A DNA stretch of 63,127 nt, filler included, from Basidioascus undulatus (GCA_000826855.1; 5 parts of 5 records of this genome joined end to end with filler, not necessarily neighbours in it), one strand, 5' to 3'; shown: positions 25,201 through 37,853, counted from the first letter of the whole stretch. A program made the numbers and translations. The notes: a model not told the origin generated them from the letters alone.

Positions 25201-25210
25201 GTGCTGGGAG
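19226..25210 (-). CDS. divergent Fab1/PIKfyve-like phosphatidylinositol-phosphate kinase, 5' end cut by contig end
   Basis: YSFGKSLELLL, ILVREDEPSSIIAFALSS, IYYAEKFDALRRRCG, GGKTKASFFKTADDRFVIKQL, MENLF, FDLKG, IMDYSLLVGID, GIIDAI, TVLPPAEYQKRF. Confidence 0.88.
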
Positions 25211-25310
25211 NNNNNNNNNNNNNNNNNNNNNNNNNNNNNNNNNNNNNNNNNNNNTTAATTAATTAANNNNNNNNNNNNNNNNNNNNNNNNNNNNNNNNNN
25301 NNNNNNNNNN
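25211..25310. other. artificial contig linker
   Basis: N44-TTAATTAATTAA-N44. Confidence 0.99.
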
Positions 25311-26257
25311 GGGGGGGGGGAGTGGGGGGAGGGCGAGGGGGCGGTGAGGAGGTGCTTGTCGGCCTGGGGAGCGGTGGTTAGAGGGGTGGTCAAGGAAGGA
25401 AGGCAGAGGAGGGGAGGAGAGGGACGCACTTTGAAGAAGGCGAGGGTGGCCCGCTCGGTGAGCGTCATGGGCGCGTCGGGCGGACGGTCGTCTTTGAGGA
25501 GCGGCGCGAGTGCACCCCCGTCGAAGCGCTTGAAGTAGCCGCCTGTAGAGTGGGGGAAGCTTGAGATGTACAGCGTGTGAGGTGGGAAGGGGCCAGCAAC
25601 CGACCTAATGATCGTGCCCACTCTACCCCCTCTCGTGCCTCCTCCGCCGTACAGCTCTCAAACAGCGCATGCAGCTCGTCCCTTAAGAAGTGGGACACTA
25701 CCGGGCCGCCGTGGCTTCCACCAGCACCAACACATCAGATCCTTCGCCCGCCCGAAGAAGGGGGGGGAGGGGGGAGTGGAGACGGATGCGTACCCATCAA
25801 ACATCCCGAAGTATGCAACCTGTCGCGCGAGGTTCGCAGACGCAGGCCCCACTGCGGCCGGGTCCCACGTCGGCGGGGGCTGCAGCGTTGCGAGCGTCGC
25901 TTGGAGCTCGCGCGGGTCGAGGGTGAGGACGCAGGTGGAGTAAGCATCTTCTTGGTATCTGCGAAGGGAGCATGGGGAAGTATGAGTAGCTGCATGGGGA
26001 TTGGGAGTGAAGGGAATGGGAAGAGGAAGACGCACGGTCGTTCGCCTCGGCTTGTTGCGGCGCCGACGACTTTGGGGGAAGAGAGGGGGACTTTGCCGGT
26101 GCCTGCGAGAGGGGTTCAGATGGTTTGCTACAGAATACTGTGAGGTAGCGGGAGGCTGACCATGAGGTGTGCGGAAAGTGATAAGGTCCGAGAAGGCGCG
26201 GTGGGAAGGGTAGGCAGGTAGGGTGCCCGATGCCCGTCGGACAGCATGGCGGAGCAT
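25311..26257 (-). CDS. PTC6: mitochondrial-type PP2C phosphatase (Ptc6-like), 3' end cut by contig start
   Basis: Arg-rich presequence-like MLRHAVRRAS; VPLSSPKVVGAATSRGERPYQED; YFGMFDGHGG; GGYFKRF; LTERATLAFFKAD. Confidence 0.78.
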
Positions 26258-26552
26258 GACGGCGGCGGGTAGGTGCAGAGGGGATGTACGTAACCTGATT
26301 TAAAGTACAATTGACATCGTTGCGCTTGTGATAAAAGATAAAAGTATGAGTATCGAGGAGGAGGAGCACCCCAAGCAAGAACGGTTCAAGCCGACAGCCG
26401 GGCTGAGCCGGAGCGAGTCGAGTCGCGTCCAGGATGGGCGCCAAATCACTTTCGCGTCAAGCTCAGCTCGGTCTACGCGTCTGCTCCTTGCCTTCCCTCT
26501 TGCTCTCAATTATCTTACCCTCGCCATCGCCATCGAAACCACCTTGCTCGCT

Positions 26553-29500
26553 ATGGACATCGACACGAATACCCCTGTCTACCCGACGCCGTCCAAGCGT
26601 CCGCTCTTCTTTGGTTCAGACGACGAGCCATCCGACACCGAGGACGCGCCCCCCACCGTCGCCGACGCGTCCACATCCACGCCCGCTCCCGCTCCCAAGC
26701 GCAGACCATCGCCCGTCTCCGCGCCCTCCAACACCCACACCTCTTACTGCCCGCCCCTCAAGAAGCCCAAGATAGAGGCGTCCACGTCTTCCCCCCCGCG
26801 CACATCCCCCACCCCTGCCGAAGGGACGGGAGCGCCCACCTTCGAGCACCGATATATCGGCGACCTCGTCCTCGCGGGATGGAGCACCGTCAAGGGCAGC
26901 GGGTACGTCAAAGACGGGGAAAGGATCGTCATTGAGCGGAAGAAGCCCGTGGAGGAGAAGGTCAAGATGAAGACGGTCAGGAAGGAGGTCAAGGTGAAGG
27001 CCACGGGCAAGGGCAAGAACAAGGTGAGTCTCGCATGCCGGGTGGGCGAGGAGGGTGTTGGGGCACATGGAGACTGACGTGCCTGGATGGGTGTGTAGCA
27101 ACAGGCCACTACAAAGACGGTCACCACCACCGTGCCTGTCGCCCCCAAGAAGAAGGGCGAGGACACCGTCATCCGGTGCGCCGCTGCGTCCACGTCCTCT
27201 CCCATCCCACCTTCTTACACCCCCTCCCTCTCCCCATCCAGCTTCCTAAACACCCGCGGCTTTGAAGTCGGCCGCCTCCCCACCTCGCACGCATCCTACC
27301 TCTCCAAGCTGCTCGACCACGACGTGCGCCTCATCCCTCCCCAATCCCCCTTCCCCCCGCTCACCCTCCACCCCCCACCCCGACCCAGATCATCCACCTC
27401 GCCGGGCACGTCGTCGCAGTCTCCCTGCCCCTCCGCTCAGGGGACGACATCTACCTCTCCCTGCGCGTCTCCCTGCGCTCCTCCGCGTTCCTCGCCTCCC
27501 CCGCCGCCGGCAAGAAGAAGGCGCAGACCGGCTTCGCCCCGGACGCGGGCAAGGAGACCGCGCAGGAGAAGGTCCTCGGCGAGCGCAAGGCCGCGCTGCT
27601 CAGGCTCTTCAAGGACGTAGGCATCAAGCCCGTCCGGAGTAGCGCGGTCGTGCAGATGCACAAGGACAAGGGCGCGCTCGAGAAAGGAGGGGCGGATTTG
27701 CAGCTGGACCATTACGCCGTGCGCCACTTTCTTTTTACTGCCTACCCGTCTCCTTCCACCCGCTCCACTCCTGCGGCATAGGTTTGCTGACTTTGCTGCC
27801 TGAGGTCACAGGACGCCGCCAAAGCGCTCGGGAAATCGTGCACGTCCGCGTCCGCCTCCTCTTCCCGCAAACCGTCCGCCTCTCGCTCGCGCGGCTCCTC
27901 AGCAGGCCCGATCGAGCTCGGCTCGTCCGACGACGAGGCGTCCCCCTCCGCCGCCGCCGCGCGACCCAAGGGCAAGGGCAAGGCGGCGGCGGTCAAGGTC
28001 GAGGATGGGGAGGAGGAGGAGGGCCAGGAGCTCTCGGACGACCAGCTGCAGCTCGTGTACCGCAAGGCGCAGGCGAACGACCGCGCGCTTGGCGAGCTCG
28101 AGCCGCCTGACTCGTTTAGGCTCAAGCTGAGGCGTTATCAGAAGCAGGCGCTCAAGTGCGTGGCTCTCTTCTGCTTCGCGGGATGTGGTATGGAGCTCTG
28201 CGTCTTTTGCTGATGTGCATAGGGGCTGTGTGCGGACGCAGGTGGATGGCCGCTATGGAGCTCGGGGAGACGGACGCGAGGGACCAGAGCATGCACCCGC
28301 TTTGGGAGGCGTGCGTACCCTTTTCTTCCTTCTCTCCCGCTCTCCCCGTACAACCGACATGAGAACCTCCATTCACTCTTCGCCAGGTATGAGTTCCCAC
28401 TGCTCCCCGACGCTGCCGAACTCGACGCCGACTACAGGACGTTCTACTTCAACCCGTACTGTGCGTCCACCAAGTCCCACTCTTCGCACCGCGCCGAGGC
28501 TGAAACAAGCGATGGGATGGGATGCTGCACAGCCGGCGAACTCTCGCTTGACTTCCCTAAGGCGAGCAAGAAGTGTCGCGGGGGGATTCAGGGGGACGAG
28601 ATGGGGATGGGCAGTGCGTCTCTCGCGTCCTTCCTCACTCTCAACTCCTGCCCCGCTGCTTGCTGATTGTTGTGTAAACTGCGCAGAAACGATCATGATG
28701 GCCGCCCTGATCCACACGAACCGCGTCGCCTCCTCCGCTGCGGACGAGCCCTCGTCCTCCTCTCCCGACCCGGACGCGTCCTCCGACGTCGAGATCCTTC
28801 CCACCTTGCCAGGGAAGAAGCGCGTCAAAGCCGCGCCTCTTTCCGACTCGGACGATGACTGGACGCCAGCGCGGAGCAAGCCTCGGCAGCTCAAGCTCGA
28901 CGCCGCGTTCCGGCCCGTCGCCTCCTCCCGGCCGCTCGCGCGCCCGGCGAAGAAGCTGCTGCCCCCCACGCGCAGGCTCGACAGCGCGACCCTCGTCATC
29001 GCGCCGATGAGCTTGCTCGGCCAGTGGCGCGACGAGCTCCTCCGCAGCGGCCGAAAGGGCAGCCTCAACGTCCTCGTCTACTACGGCGCGGAGCGCGTGG
29101 ACTTGGACGCTGCGCTCGGGGGGGCGGAGGAGGACGCGGAGGAGGATGCGGAGGAAAGGGCCGTGGACGTCGTTATTACTAGCTATGGGACGCTGCTGAG
29201 CGAGTATGGGCGGTGGGAGCGCGCGGTCGCGGGCGGGAAGGAGGACGGGCCGACGCTGTTCGATTGTGAGTCGCCGCGACGTCTTCCGTTACGCCTCCCG
29301 CGTTGGACCAGCACCGACTGAGGGACACGCGGAGCAGTCTACTGGCACCGCTGCGTGCTCGACGAGGCGCACCACATCAAGACACGCACGACGCAGAATG
29401 CGAAGGTGCGGCTTGCAACTGTCTTTTTGGTGCACGTGGGTCCGGTGGGAGGCTTCGGAACTGATGGGGAGGCGCGGGCAGGCGTGCTATGCGATCAAGG

Positions 29501-32190
29501 CGCACAGGAGGTGGGCGCTGACCGGTACGTTTTGCGCTGCTGGAACTGGGAAAATTGGTTGCTGAGGGAGGGATATTGCGCACAGGCACGCCGATCGTCA
29601 ACCGCTTGGAGGACCTCTACAGTCTCTGTACGTTTCAGCTTGCGCTTGTCTGTGGGCCCTGGACGCTTTGCGCTGACCAGCCGAGTTGGCAGTGTTCGTT
29701 CACTTTCGCGCTGTGGGATGGAAAAGGAAATGGCTGGCGTAGGTTGGCAGAAACTGACATGCGGACCCATAGACACTTCCTCCGCATCGAGCCGTGGGGC
29801 AACTTCTCGTTCTTCCGAAGGTGCGTGTGCTTCCAGCTGGTGTCTAGCTAAGGTTTGAAGCACTGACTCTGGAGGATCGGCGGCACAGCTTTATCACAAT
29901 CCCGTTCCAGAACAAGGACCCGAAAGCCGTGGATATCGTGCAGGTACGGGTTCCCGCAAGGCGAGTGCGTGCTGAAGGTCTGTGTGGTGGCTGACGTCTT
30001 TGGACCGTTGACCAGGTCGTGCTCGAGAGCTGCTTGATTCGCCGCGAGAAGAAGATGAAGGATGCGGACGGGAAGTCGATTGTGGAGCTGCCACCGAAGC
30101 ATGTGCGTTCATTCCGTCGTGTCCGTTGTTCTGAGGAAAGAGAAGACGAACGCTGACAGTTCAATGTAGCTGCATGTCGAGCACCTCGAGTTCGCCCCCG
30201 AGGAGCGCCAGATCTACAAGGCCATCTTCAACAAGGCGAAGCGCAAGTTCGACGCGCTCGCGGCGGCGGGGTTAGCGCTGAAGAACTTTACGAACATCTT
30301 CGTGCGTCAGATTTGACGAGACCGCATCGCTCCGATGTTGATGCTCATGGATTCTCCTTCCGCAGGCGATGCTGCTTCGGTGGGGCCGTTCACTACATCT
30401 AGTGTCGCCGTGCCTAGCTGACCGTGCGCACCTCTCCCGCAGTCTTCGCCAAGCTGTCCTGCACCCCTTCCTGGTGACGACCAAGAAGAAGGCGCTCAAC
30501 ACACGCAGCGCGACGGCGGACGGCGGCGACCCCGAGGCGGACTTCGTGCTCGACGAAGACGACGACCCGGCGGGCGTCGACGTTCAGAAGCTCATCGCGC
30601 GCTTTGCGACGGGGGAGGAGGTCGGCGACGCGGACGCGGTGTTTGCTACACAGGTCCTGCAGAAGATCGTCAATGGCGATGAGGACGACGAGGAGTGCCC
30701 GGTACATTCTCGAGGGTGGGAATGCTTCAAGGGAACAGCAGCTGACGGGAAAGTGGACGGCTGCAGATCTGCATGGAGACGCCGATGGAGAACCCCGTCT
30801 TGCTGCCCTGCATGCACCACACGTGAGCATTCCTTTCTGTTGCGGAAGTACTTCTACCGTCGCTGAGGTCTTCCTCCCTCCACCCGCAGGTGCAAGGGCT
30901 GCGTGCTCGAGTACTTCGACAGGCAAGAGGGGAAGGGCGAGGAGCCGTCCTGCCCGGTGTGCCGCAAGGGTCCCGTTCAGGGCGACCAGCTGCTCGAGAT
31001 CGTGCACAAGAAGAAGCCCGCGCAGACGCAAAGCGCGGACGACGGGAACGTCGACATGCCGGACGTGCCGAGCTCGTCGCCCGCTGTGCGGCTCCGCAAG
31101 AACAAGAATTTCCGCTCGTCGACAAAGCTGGACGCCCTCGCGGTGCACCTCAGTCGTCTGAGGGACGAGGACCCCGAGTTCAAGGCGGTCGTATTCTCGC
31201 AGGTGCGCGCGAAGACTCAATTCCGTCGGCTCTCCCTCAAGCTGACCATGTCTATGCGCTCGCAGTTCACCTCCTTCCTCGGTATGTACAATCACACTAC
31301 CTCTAGCACGTTCCGACGCGCTCACATCTTCACTCACCGCACCGGCGCAGACCTCATCGAGAAGACGCTCTACCGCGAGCGCATCGCGTTTGTCCGCCTC
31401 GACGGCTCGGTCAGCCAGAAGCAGCGCGAGGCGGTACTGAAAGAGTTCGAAAACGCAACCGAGGGCTGCGTCATGCTCATCTCGCTTCGCGCGGGCGGGG
31501 TTGGACTCAACCTGGTGCGTTTTCAGAGGTGCCCGCAGTGTTCCCCCGATATGTGGTCGAGGCTGATGCGTATTTTTGTTGGTGGGCAGACTTCGGCGAA
31601 TCACGTCTTCATGGTATGCGGTCACAAAGTATCGAATTGGACTTGGAACTAACTATGCCGCTGTTCAGATGGACTGCTGGTGGAACGAAGCAGTCGAGAG
31701 CCGTGCGTTCTTCTATCCTACCCATCTTCACTCTTCTGTCTTGATTATTTTAAGCTTATGTTTGCTTGTTCTGCAGAGGCCATTGACCGGATCCACAGGC
31801 GAGTTTTGTCGGCCCTTCGCAGCAGCCAAAGCAGTCGCTAAATTTTGTCTTCGTTGATCACAGAATCGGCCAGCAGCGCGAGGTGCACGTTACGCGGTTC
31901 ATCATCAACGAGACCATCGAAGACCGCATTGTAGGCAAGGTTTCTTTGCAGCCACGTTCATCAATTTGTCGTATGCTAACGAGAGTTTCGTGATACATAC
32001 AGCTGCAAATCCAGAAGCGCAAGACGGCGCTGGTCATGGGCGCGCTCGGAGGGACGTCGAGGGAGGAGGACAGGCAGCAGACGCTTGAGGTGCGGCCTTT
32101 CCGCTGCGCCGAGGTGATGGAAGATGGCTCGGGTGCTGACTGGTCCTTCTCCCGGGCGCGCAGAACCTGCAACTCATGTTCTCCAAGTAG
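26553..32190 (+). CDS. RAD5: DNA repair helicase/E3 ligase Rad5 (HIRAN + SNF2 ATPase + RING), about 28 introns
   Basis: HIRAN ([21 protein letters not shown]), [117 protein letters not shown]. Confidence 0.96.
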
Positions 32191-33478
32191 ATCGGGGGCA
32201 CTACAGCGATGGGTGGTTCAGGGTGGAGGGGGACTGAACTTGGTTCACGTTTATGATCATTGACATCTTGGAGCACTTTCGGCGCATGAAGGGCATGCGC
32301 ATACGTTTTTGCTAGCCTTGAAGCTCGTTCCGCCTTTACTCTCAGTCGACAGCTGGGAAATGAAGTCCGGGCACTGAGTGGTCACTACCTCCCCGGCCCT
32401 CTTCGAACGCAGCGTCACGAAGGTTGATTTGTCTCTGAGCATGATAAGAAATGCCAGTGGCTTGTATACGCTCGAAGATGCGTCGAGCGCCAGCGCGGCA
32501 GGCGCGATATCATGCGAGCGATCATGCAACTGCCAAAACCAACAAGCAGCTACAGCACAGCAGGCGAACGTTCCAAGCTCTTGCACAGCATCTTGTGGGC
32601 TTTCCAATCCCTATAGCGGTTATACAAGAACGAATTGCCTTGTCAGTCTCTCAAAAATTAAAAACGAGGACGACAGTCTTCGCCCCGTTTGCCAGGCTGG
32701 CCCTCCCCGCTTCCAGCGCAAGCCTCTTCAGCGCATTCTCTACGAGCCCTCCTTCAGCCGCCACGGGGTCCCGCAGCCTCTGATGGACCTCGCTGGTCCG
32801 GATAAGTATTACGAGAAACAGCAGATGCTTGCCGGCGTCTTTCGTCGACGCCTCGATGAAGAGGCGGGCGAAGTTCCTGAAAATGGCATGCTTCTCTGCC
32901 GCCGACAGAACAGCTGAGGATCAAGGAGGTGATGGCCGGCAAAACAGGAGGCTGAGAATTGCAGCGCTGAGGGTTAAAGAGTTGCTCGACGGCGTCGAGT
33001 CGAGCCAGAGGGGGACGAGCAGGGGGAGGAGACGAGCGTGCGACTGCATAGCACTGCACGACGTGCACAAGAAGAGCCGTGGCTCTATTCAGAAGGTTTC
33101 CGTCACATGTACTGATCCTGGGACTGTCTCACCTTCGGAAGGGGTTGAGTATATCATGTAATATTGAACGAGCAACGCTGCGGCCGTGTTGCGGCAGGCG
33201 ACGGCAAGGATGCTCTCGCCCGTGTACGAGCGGTCCTCCCAGAGCTGTGAACCACACCTCAGCGTATTGATCTTCCAAAGAAGGTCATGGAAGCTACACC
33301 TACACGGTCAAGTAGGTTTGGAAAGGTTTCGCGGAATACCCTCCTTTCAGGTTCGCCTACCAGCAACCCACTTGCGCTCAAGGCCCCCAGGATGCCAGAG
33401 AGCAAGGCGAGCTAAAGAGGTTGGTACTAGGTAAAGAGGAGGGTGGGTTCTTGGGGTGAGGCGAAAGGCTTTCGGCAT

Positions 33479-34006
33479 TCAAGTCAAGTCGGGACAGCTG
33501 CGCACCGGATCGCCAGAGTGTGTCGCCCTGTGGCCCCCCGTTCTTAGGCTTGGCATCTGCAGAAACCGCTCCACGACGGCGGCTGAGACACGGCTATAGC
33601 ACAAAACGTGGCTAGGAAGAGGTCCATTCAAGTAATCCTCCTTGCAAGTGGTTTTGTTGCATTCGGGGTGCCTCGCTCCATCGATGAAATGCAGCGATCC
33701 TTGGGTGTCACGGACGGTGGAATAGGTGGGGCAGGCTACTCTGAACGCCGACAGCTCGAACGAGCGGGGGATTGCTCTCAAAAGGGTGAAATCCTCTGCT
33801 TGGTCGAAGCACATCGCCTGCAGTCGCGCCACGGCGCCGAGAATGTCGCACAGGACGAAGCGCATCCCTTCCGTGAGTGGCGCGTTCATCGTTTCGTCGG
33901 GCGCCGACGAGAGAGGTGTCGGTAGTGGGACCCAGGTGGAAGCCTGAATATCAGATCGATACCTGGTCAGGAGATTTACGAATGGAGGACGACAGGAGAT
34001 GGTCAA
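33479..34006 (-). CDS. hypothetical protein exon (unassigned, possibly degenerate)
   Basis: Open 175-codon frame preceded by a CTGAC...CAG acceptor. Protein-like composition, but no family recognised. Confidence 0.3.
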   Translation of the reverse strand: MTISCRPPFVNLLTRYRSDIQASTWVPLPTPLSSAPDETMNAPLTEGMRFVLCDILGAVARLQAMCFDQAEDFTLLRAIPRSFELSAFRVACPTYSTVRDTQGSLHFIDGARHPECNKTTCKEDYLNGPLPSHVLCYSRVSAAVVERFLQMPSLRTGGHRATHSGDPVRSCPDLT

Positions 34007-35311
34007 GCAAGATACGTGAGGATGAGCGGCGCAATGGCACCACGGGCCGCTGGAGTGGCTCGCGCAACGTGGGCGTCAGAGCCCCACCCATGTCCGATTC
34101 GCTATCCAACGACAATTATACGCCCTTATTATCCGGAGAGAGGAGCAATAAACTTGAAGGTGTGGCAATCGAATAACCCGGGAAGCGGAGCACGGAGCAC
34201 GATGTCTGGGTTTCGTTGGGCAGCTTGTCATGTTCAGGTTGTAATCTCTCCCTACACACATGATTTCTGTGACAAACAAAGTGAAAAGGCCTAAAGAAAG
34301 AAGGTTAACCGGAAGTCCTCAGGACTACGCAATCAGACCATCGCCAGCTGAGCGTACCGACGCCGAGAATGGCAATAATTCTCGTCCAGTCAATACTCGA
34401 CGACTCAGGTCGCCCACTGAATAGTGAAATGCTCTTCTTATCACCGCCTTGCAGTTGTGCAAGATTCGGATGTAGGTAGGCGCAAATCACCGGTGTCCAA
34501 CTTGTCGAAAGAGTCCAGCAGGCACCGACTCGTCGACGTTTTTTTCCCAGCATTGAGCCGACACTCGCAGGAGGCGATCATCCAAGTCTCGGCAGCTCTT
34601 TGTTCATGCGAATAACATAAGAGCAGCGGCGGTATTCTGAAAGGACAGGAACGCGGGATGCGATGTGGAGAGATGAGGAGAGGAGTGAGTGAGTGAAATA
34701 TCAAAGAGGCCCAAGATTTGCCGAATCATTTGCTCAGAAAGAAAAAAAGAAAACAGTGCTCGTAGGATAAAACGCGAAAAAAAGAAAGGAGGAAAAGACA
34801 TTGAACTGTGCGGGCGGACCCGAAAGCCAAAAAGAGTACACGGATGGATAAATCGCGCGGACACGGACAATCAGCAGCAACACGATGCCGGGCGGGCCGG
34901 GGGAAACGGATATGCGTGATTGGATGTGGATGTTGTGAGGTACGTTGCTGCGAGTGTGGGGAGAGGAGAAGAGAGGAGGACGGGCGATCCAAAGTGGAAG
35001 GAAGAGGACGTCGGACGAGGGGGAATGGGAAGGAGCGAGGACCGATCGGCGAACGCGTCGGAGGGGCGGGCGCGCGACGGGTAGGAAACAACAAGGAGGC
35101 TGATGGTGATGACGATGATGATGATGACAGAAGAAGGTCGGCGGCAACAGGTTTCCTGAATCCACATCCCGCCCCCAAAAACAGCGGGACACCCTCCACC
35201 CTCGCGGCCCACAGCGTGCGGCAGCCCCTCGATCGAGCCGCACCGGTGCGCGCCCGCGCCATGCCCACGCGCATGCCGACGAGCGCCGAGCCAGCCTGCG
35301 CGCGGGCGCGA

Positions 35312-37076
35312 TCAGACCGACTGCGCGACCTGGTTGGCGGGAGGCGACTGATGTTGTTGGGCGGCGCTGGTGACGTCAAGGCGGCCAAGTCAGCGTCTTT
35401 GGGACTGCGCGGGTCAATGAGAACAGCAACACACTTTTTCCGCTTGCTCTTGTGCATCTCCTTCTTCAACGCCGCTCCATCTAACGGCTTCAACAGCTCG
35501 AACGCGCAAAGCAGATCCTCCGACACCGACATGACTGCGAAAGAGAAAAGTCAGCGACCAGCCTCATTCGACATGAGATCAGGCTCGAGAACAATACGCA
35601 CTCGCTCCGAAGTTGTCGAATTCTGGAGGCGACACGAAGATCAGTATTAGGAATGGACTGGAGATGGTGGATCGTAACGGACCTCCGCAATAATTCGGCG
35701 CGCTGAACACCGTCACCAGCGTGCGGTCGTTCCAGAACTCGTATCCACTGTCGCACCATAGCGTACGTCAGCCTCTTTACGTCTCCCCTGCCCTTTGCGC
35801 CGTGCCCCCCGCCCTTCCCCGTGCCCAAGAAAGGAAGGACGCACTCCTCCACAACCATGTGCGCCCGACAGATGAGGTCGAACTCGTAGCGGCCCAAAAA
35901 GTCGTTGATGACGGCCTTGCCGAAGCAGTAGCTCACGCCGCGCTCGTTGTCCTCCCAGTCGAGCGCGGTGTCGCTCGGATCGGACCAGAGGAGGTCGTTG
36001 AGGAGGCCGTAGTCGGGCACGTCCGTCGGGCGCTGGATGCGCCGGATGTCGTCCATCGAGCTCAGGCTTGGGCTCAGCCCGCCGTGCACGCAGAAGATCT
36101 TGGAAGCGACGACGGCGGCGATGGGGAGGCAGTTGAAGACGTCGATGAAGATCTTCCAGATCTTGACGTTGCACCGTCGTTTGCACTCGTCGTAGAAGCC
36201 GTACACTGCGTGAGGGGGGACGAAGGCTCAGCTCGTTGCACAGAGACCATGGGAAAGCAGCGGAAGAAAACAGGGGTTAGACGCACCTCGCGTGACGTTT
36301 GCGGACTCGTGGTTGCCGCGGAGGAGGAAGAAGTTTTCGGGATACTTGATCTTGTAGCAGAGGAGGAGGAGGATGGTCTCGAGACTCTGCTTGCCGCGGT
36401 CGACGTAGTCGCCGAGAAAGAGGTAGTTGGCCGCGGGTGGGAAGCCACACATCTCGAAGAGGCGGATGAGGTCCGAGTACTGGCCGTGCACGTCGCCGAC
36501 GATCTTGACGGGCGGGCTGAGCTCGACGAGCGTCGGCTGCGAGAGGAAGAGCTCGCGCGCGACGTGGCAGATGGCGGTGATTTCCGCATTCTTGAGGCAC
36601 ACCGACTTTGTCACCTTGCCCGTGTAGCCCGCGTCGAGCAGGCGCTGGATCATGTCGTCGATGTCGAGCGCGTCCCCGCCCGAGACGCTCGGCGGTGGTT
36701 GTACGGAGACGGGGGATGCGGGGGAGAGAGACGCGAGCGGGTTGGAGAGGATCGTGTTTTTGTTGGTGGGGATGGGTGACGAGCCGGGCGCAGGGATGGA
36801 GGAAGCGGAGGTGGACGGGGAGGCGGCAGTGGGTTCGGAGGGTCCGAAGGAGGAGAGGTCGGTGGTTTGGATTGAGGGGACGGAGGCGTTGGACGCGTCG
36901 CGGCCGTTGCCGGACGGGCCCTCGCCGTTGTGCACGGGCTCCTTGCCCTTGCCGCGCAGACTGCTCTTGCTCGGTGCATCGCGCAGCGTCTTTTCAGCGC
37001 CGTCGGCGGGGGACTCGTCCGTGGACGCGTCCTTCTTGGACTTGGCCCCTTTGCCCTTGGAGGGCGTCGAGCCCAT
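35312..37076 (-). CDS. PPZ1: PPZ-type (PP1-related) Ser/Thr protein phosphatase
   Basis: Myristoylation-like MGSTPSK, Ser/Pro-rich N-terminus, [62 protein letters not shown], end [11 protein letters not shown]. Confidence 0.94.
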
Positions 37077-37853
37077 GGCCCGGCCGAAGAAGGATGAGAA
37101 GGACGGAATGGTGGGCGGCGGTGGGGGGTGTGACGGGAGCTGGTGCGACGATGGAGATGGAGATGAGCTGGAGCTGTCAGCATACGACCATGAAGTAGAG
37201 CTTCGGTGAGATGTGAAGCGAGGGTGTGAAGTGGAAAGGCAAGAGCGCTCCTATCGGGGAGAATGCCGCCTGGGATGATGTTCCTCCCAGACATGTTTTC
37301 CCCATTCCAAATGACGACCAGGCACCCAATCCATCATCACCATCATCATCCAGCGCCACGACCGCAGCAGGCGAGCTGCGTCCGCAATGGGAAGCCGGTT
37401 GTAGGTCGAGCGTGAGACTCACGTGAACGATTCGCTGCCGACTAGCGCGGGACGGCTCGAGGGTGCGAAGAGGGTGGGCGCGAGCCGTGGGTCGAGGGGA
37501 GGGAGACAAGAATATCCGGGCCTGGGGAGGGAAGGCGAGGAGAGTGGGAATGAGTGTGAGTGTGTGGTTGAGAAGTAGGCGGGTGGTGCAATGGGCGTCG
37601 AGGCGATCAGCAGACCGGGCGCGAGTGGGACGGCCGGACGCTCAGCTCGGACGCCTTGTTTGTGAGACAGTGTACGCTTCAAGACCAACAGTATAGCCTT
37701 GGATGGAGCTGAGGAGGTGAGAGGGAATACTCACCAGCGTGGGCGTGCGCGAAGAAGGAGGGTCGAAGCGGGGAGCACGGAGGCAACGCGCACGCGTCCG
37801 GGCTGAGGTCCGCGGCGGGATCCGGGGCTGAAGAGAGCGAGCTCGGTTGGTCC

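Noticed and set aside
29555..29851. 48-aa insertion in the Rad5 helicase, read straight through in the ORF track
   Set aside because: The inserted DNA contains two complete donor/branch/acceptor sets and interrupts a tightly conserved motif, so two introns flanking a 1-nt exon explain it better. cDNA is still needed.
32378..33161. Cys-containing ORF pieces (CERSCNC..CTASCG) as a CxC transposase relic
   Set aside because: No catalytic motif, termini or consistent frame.
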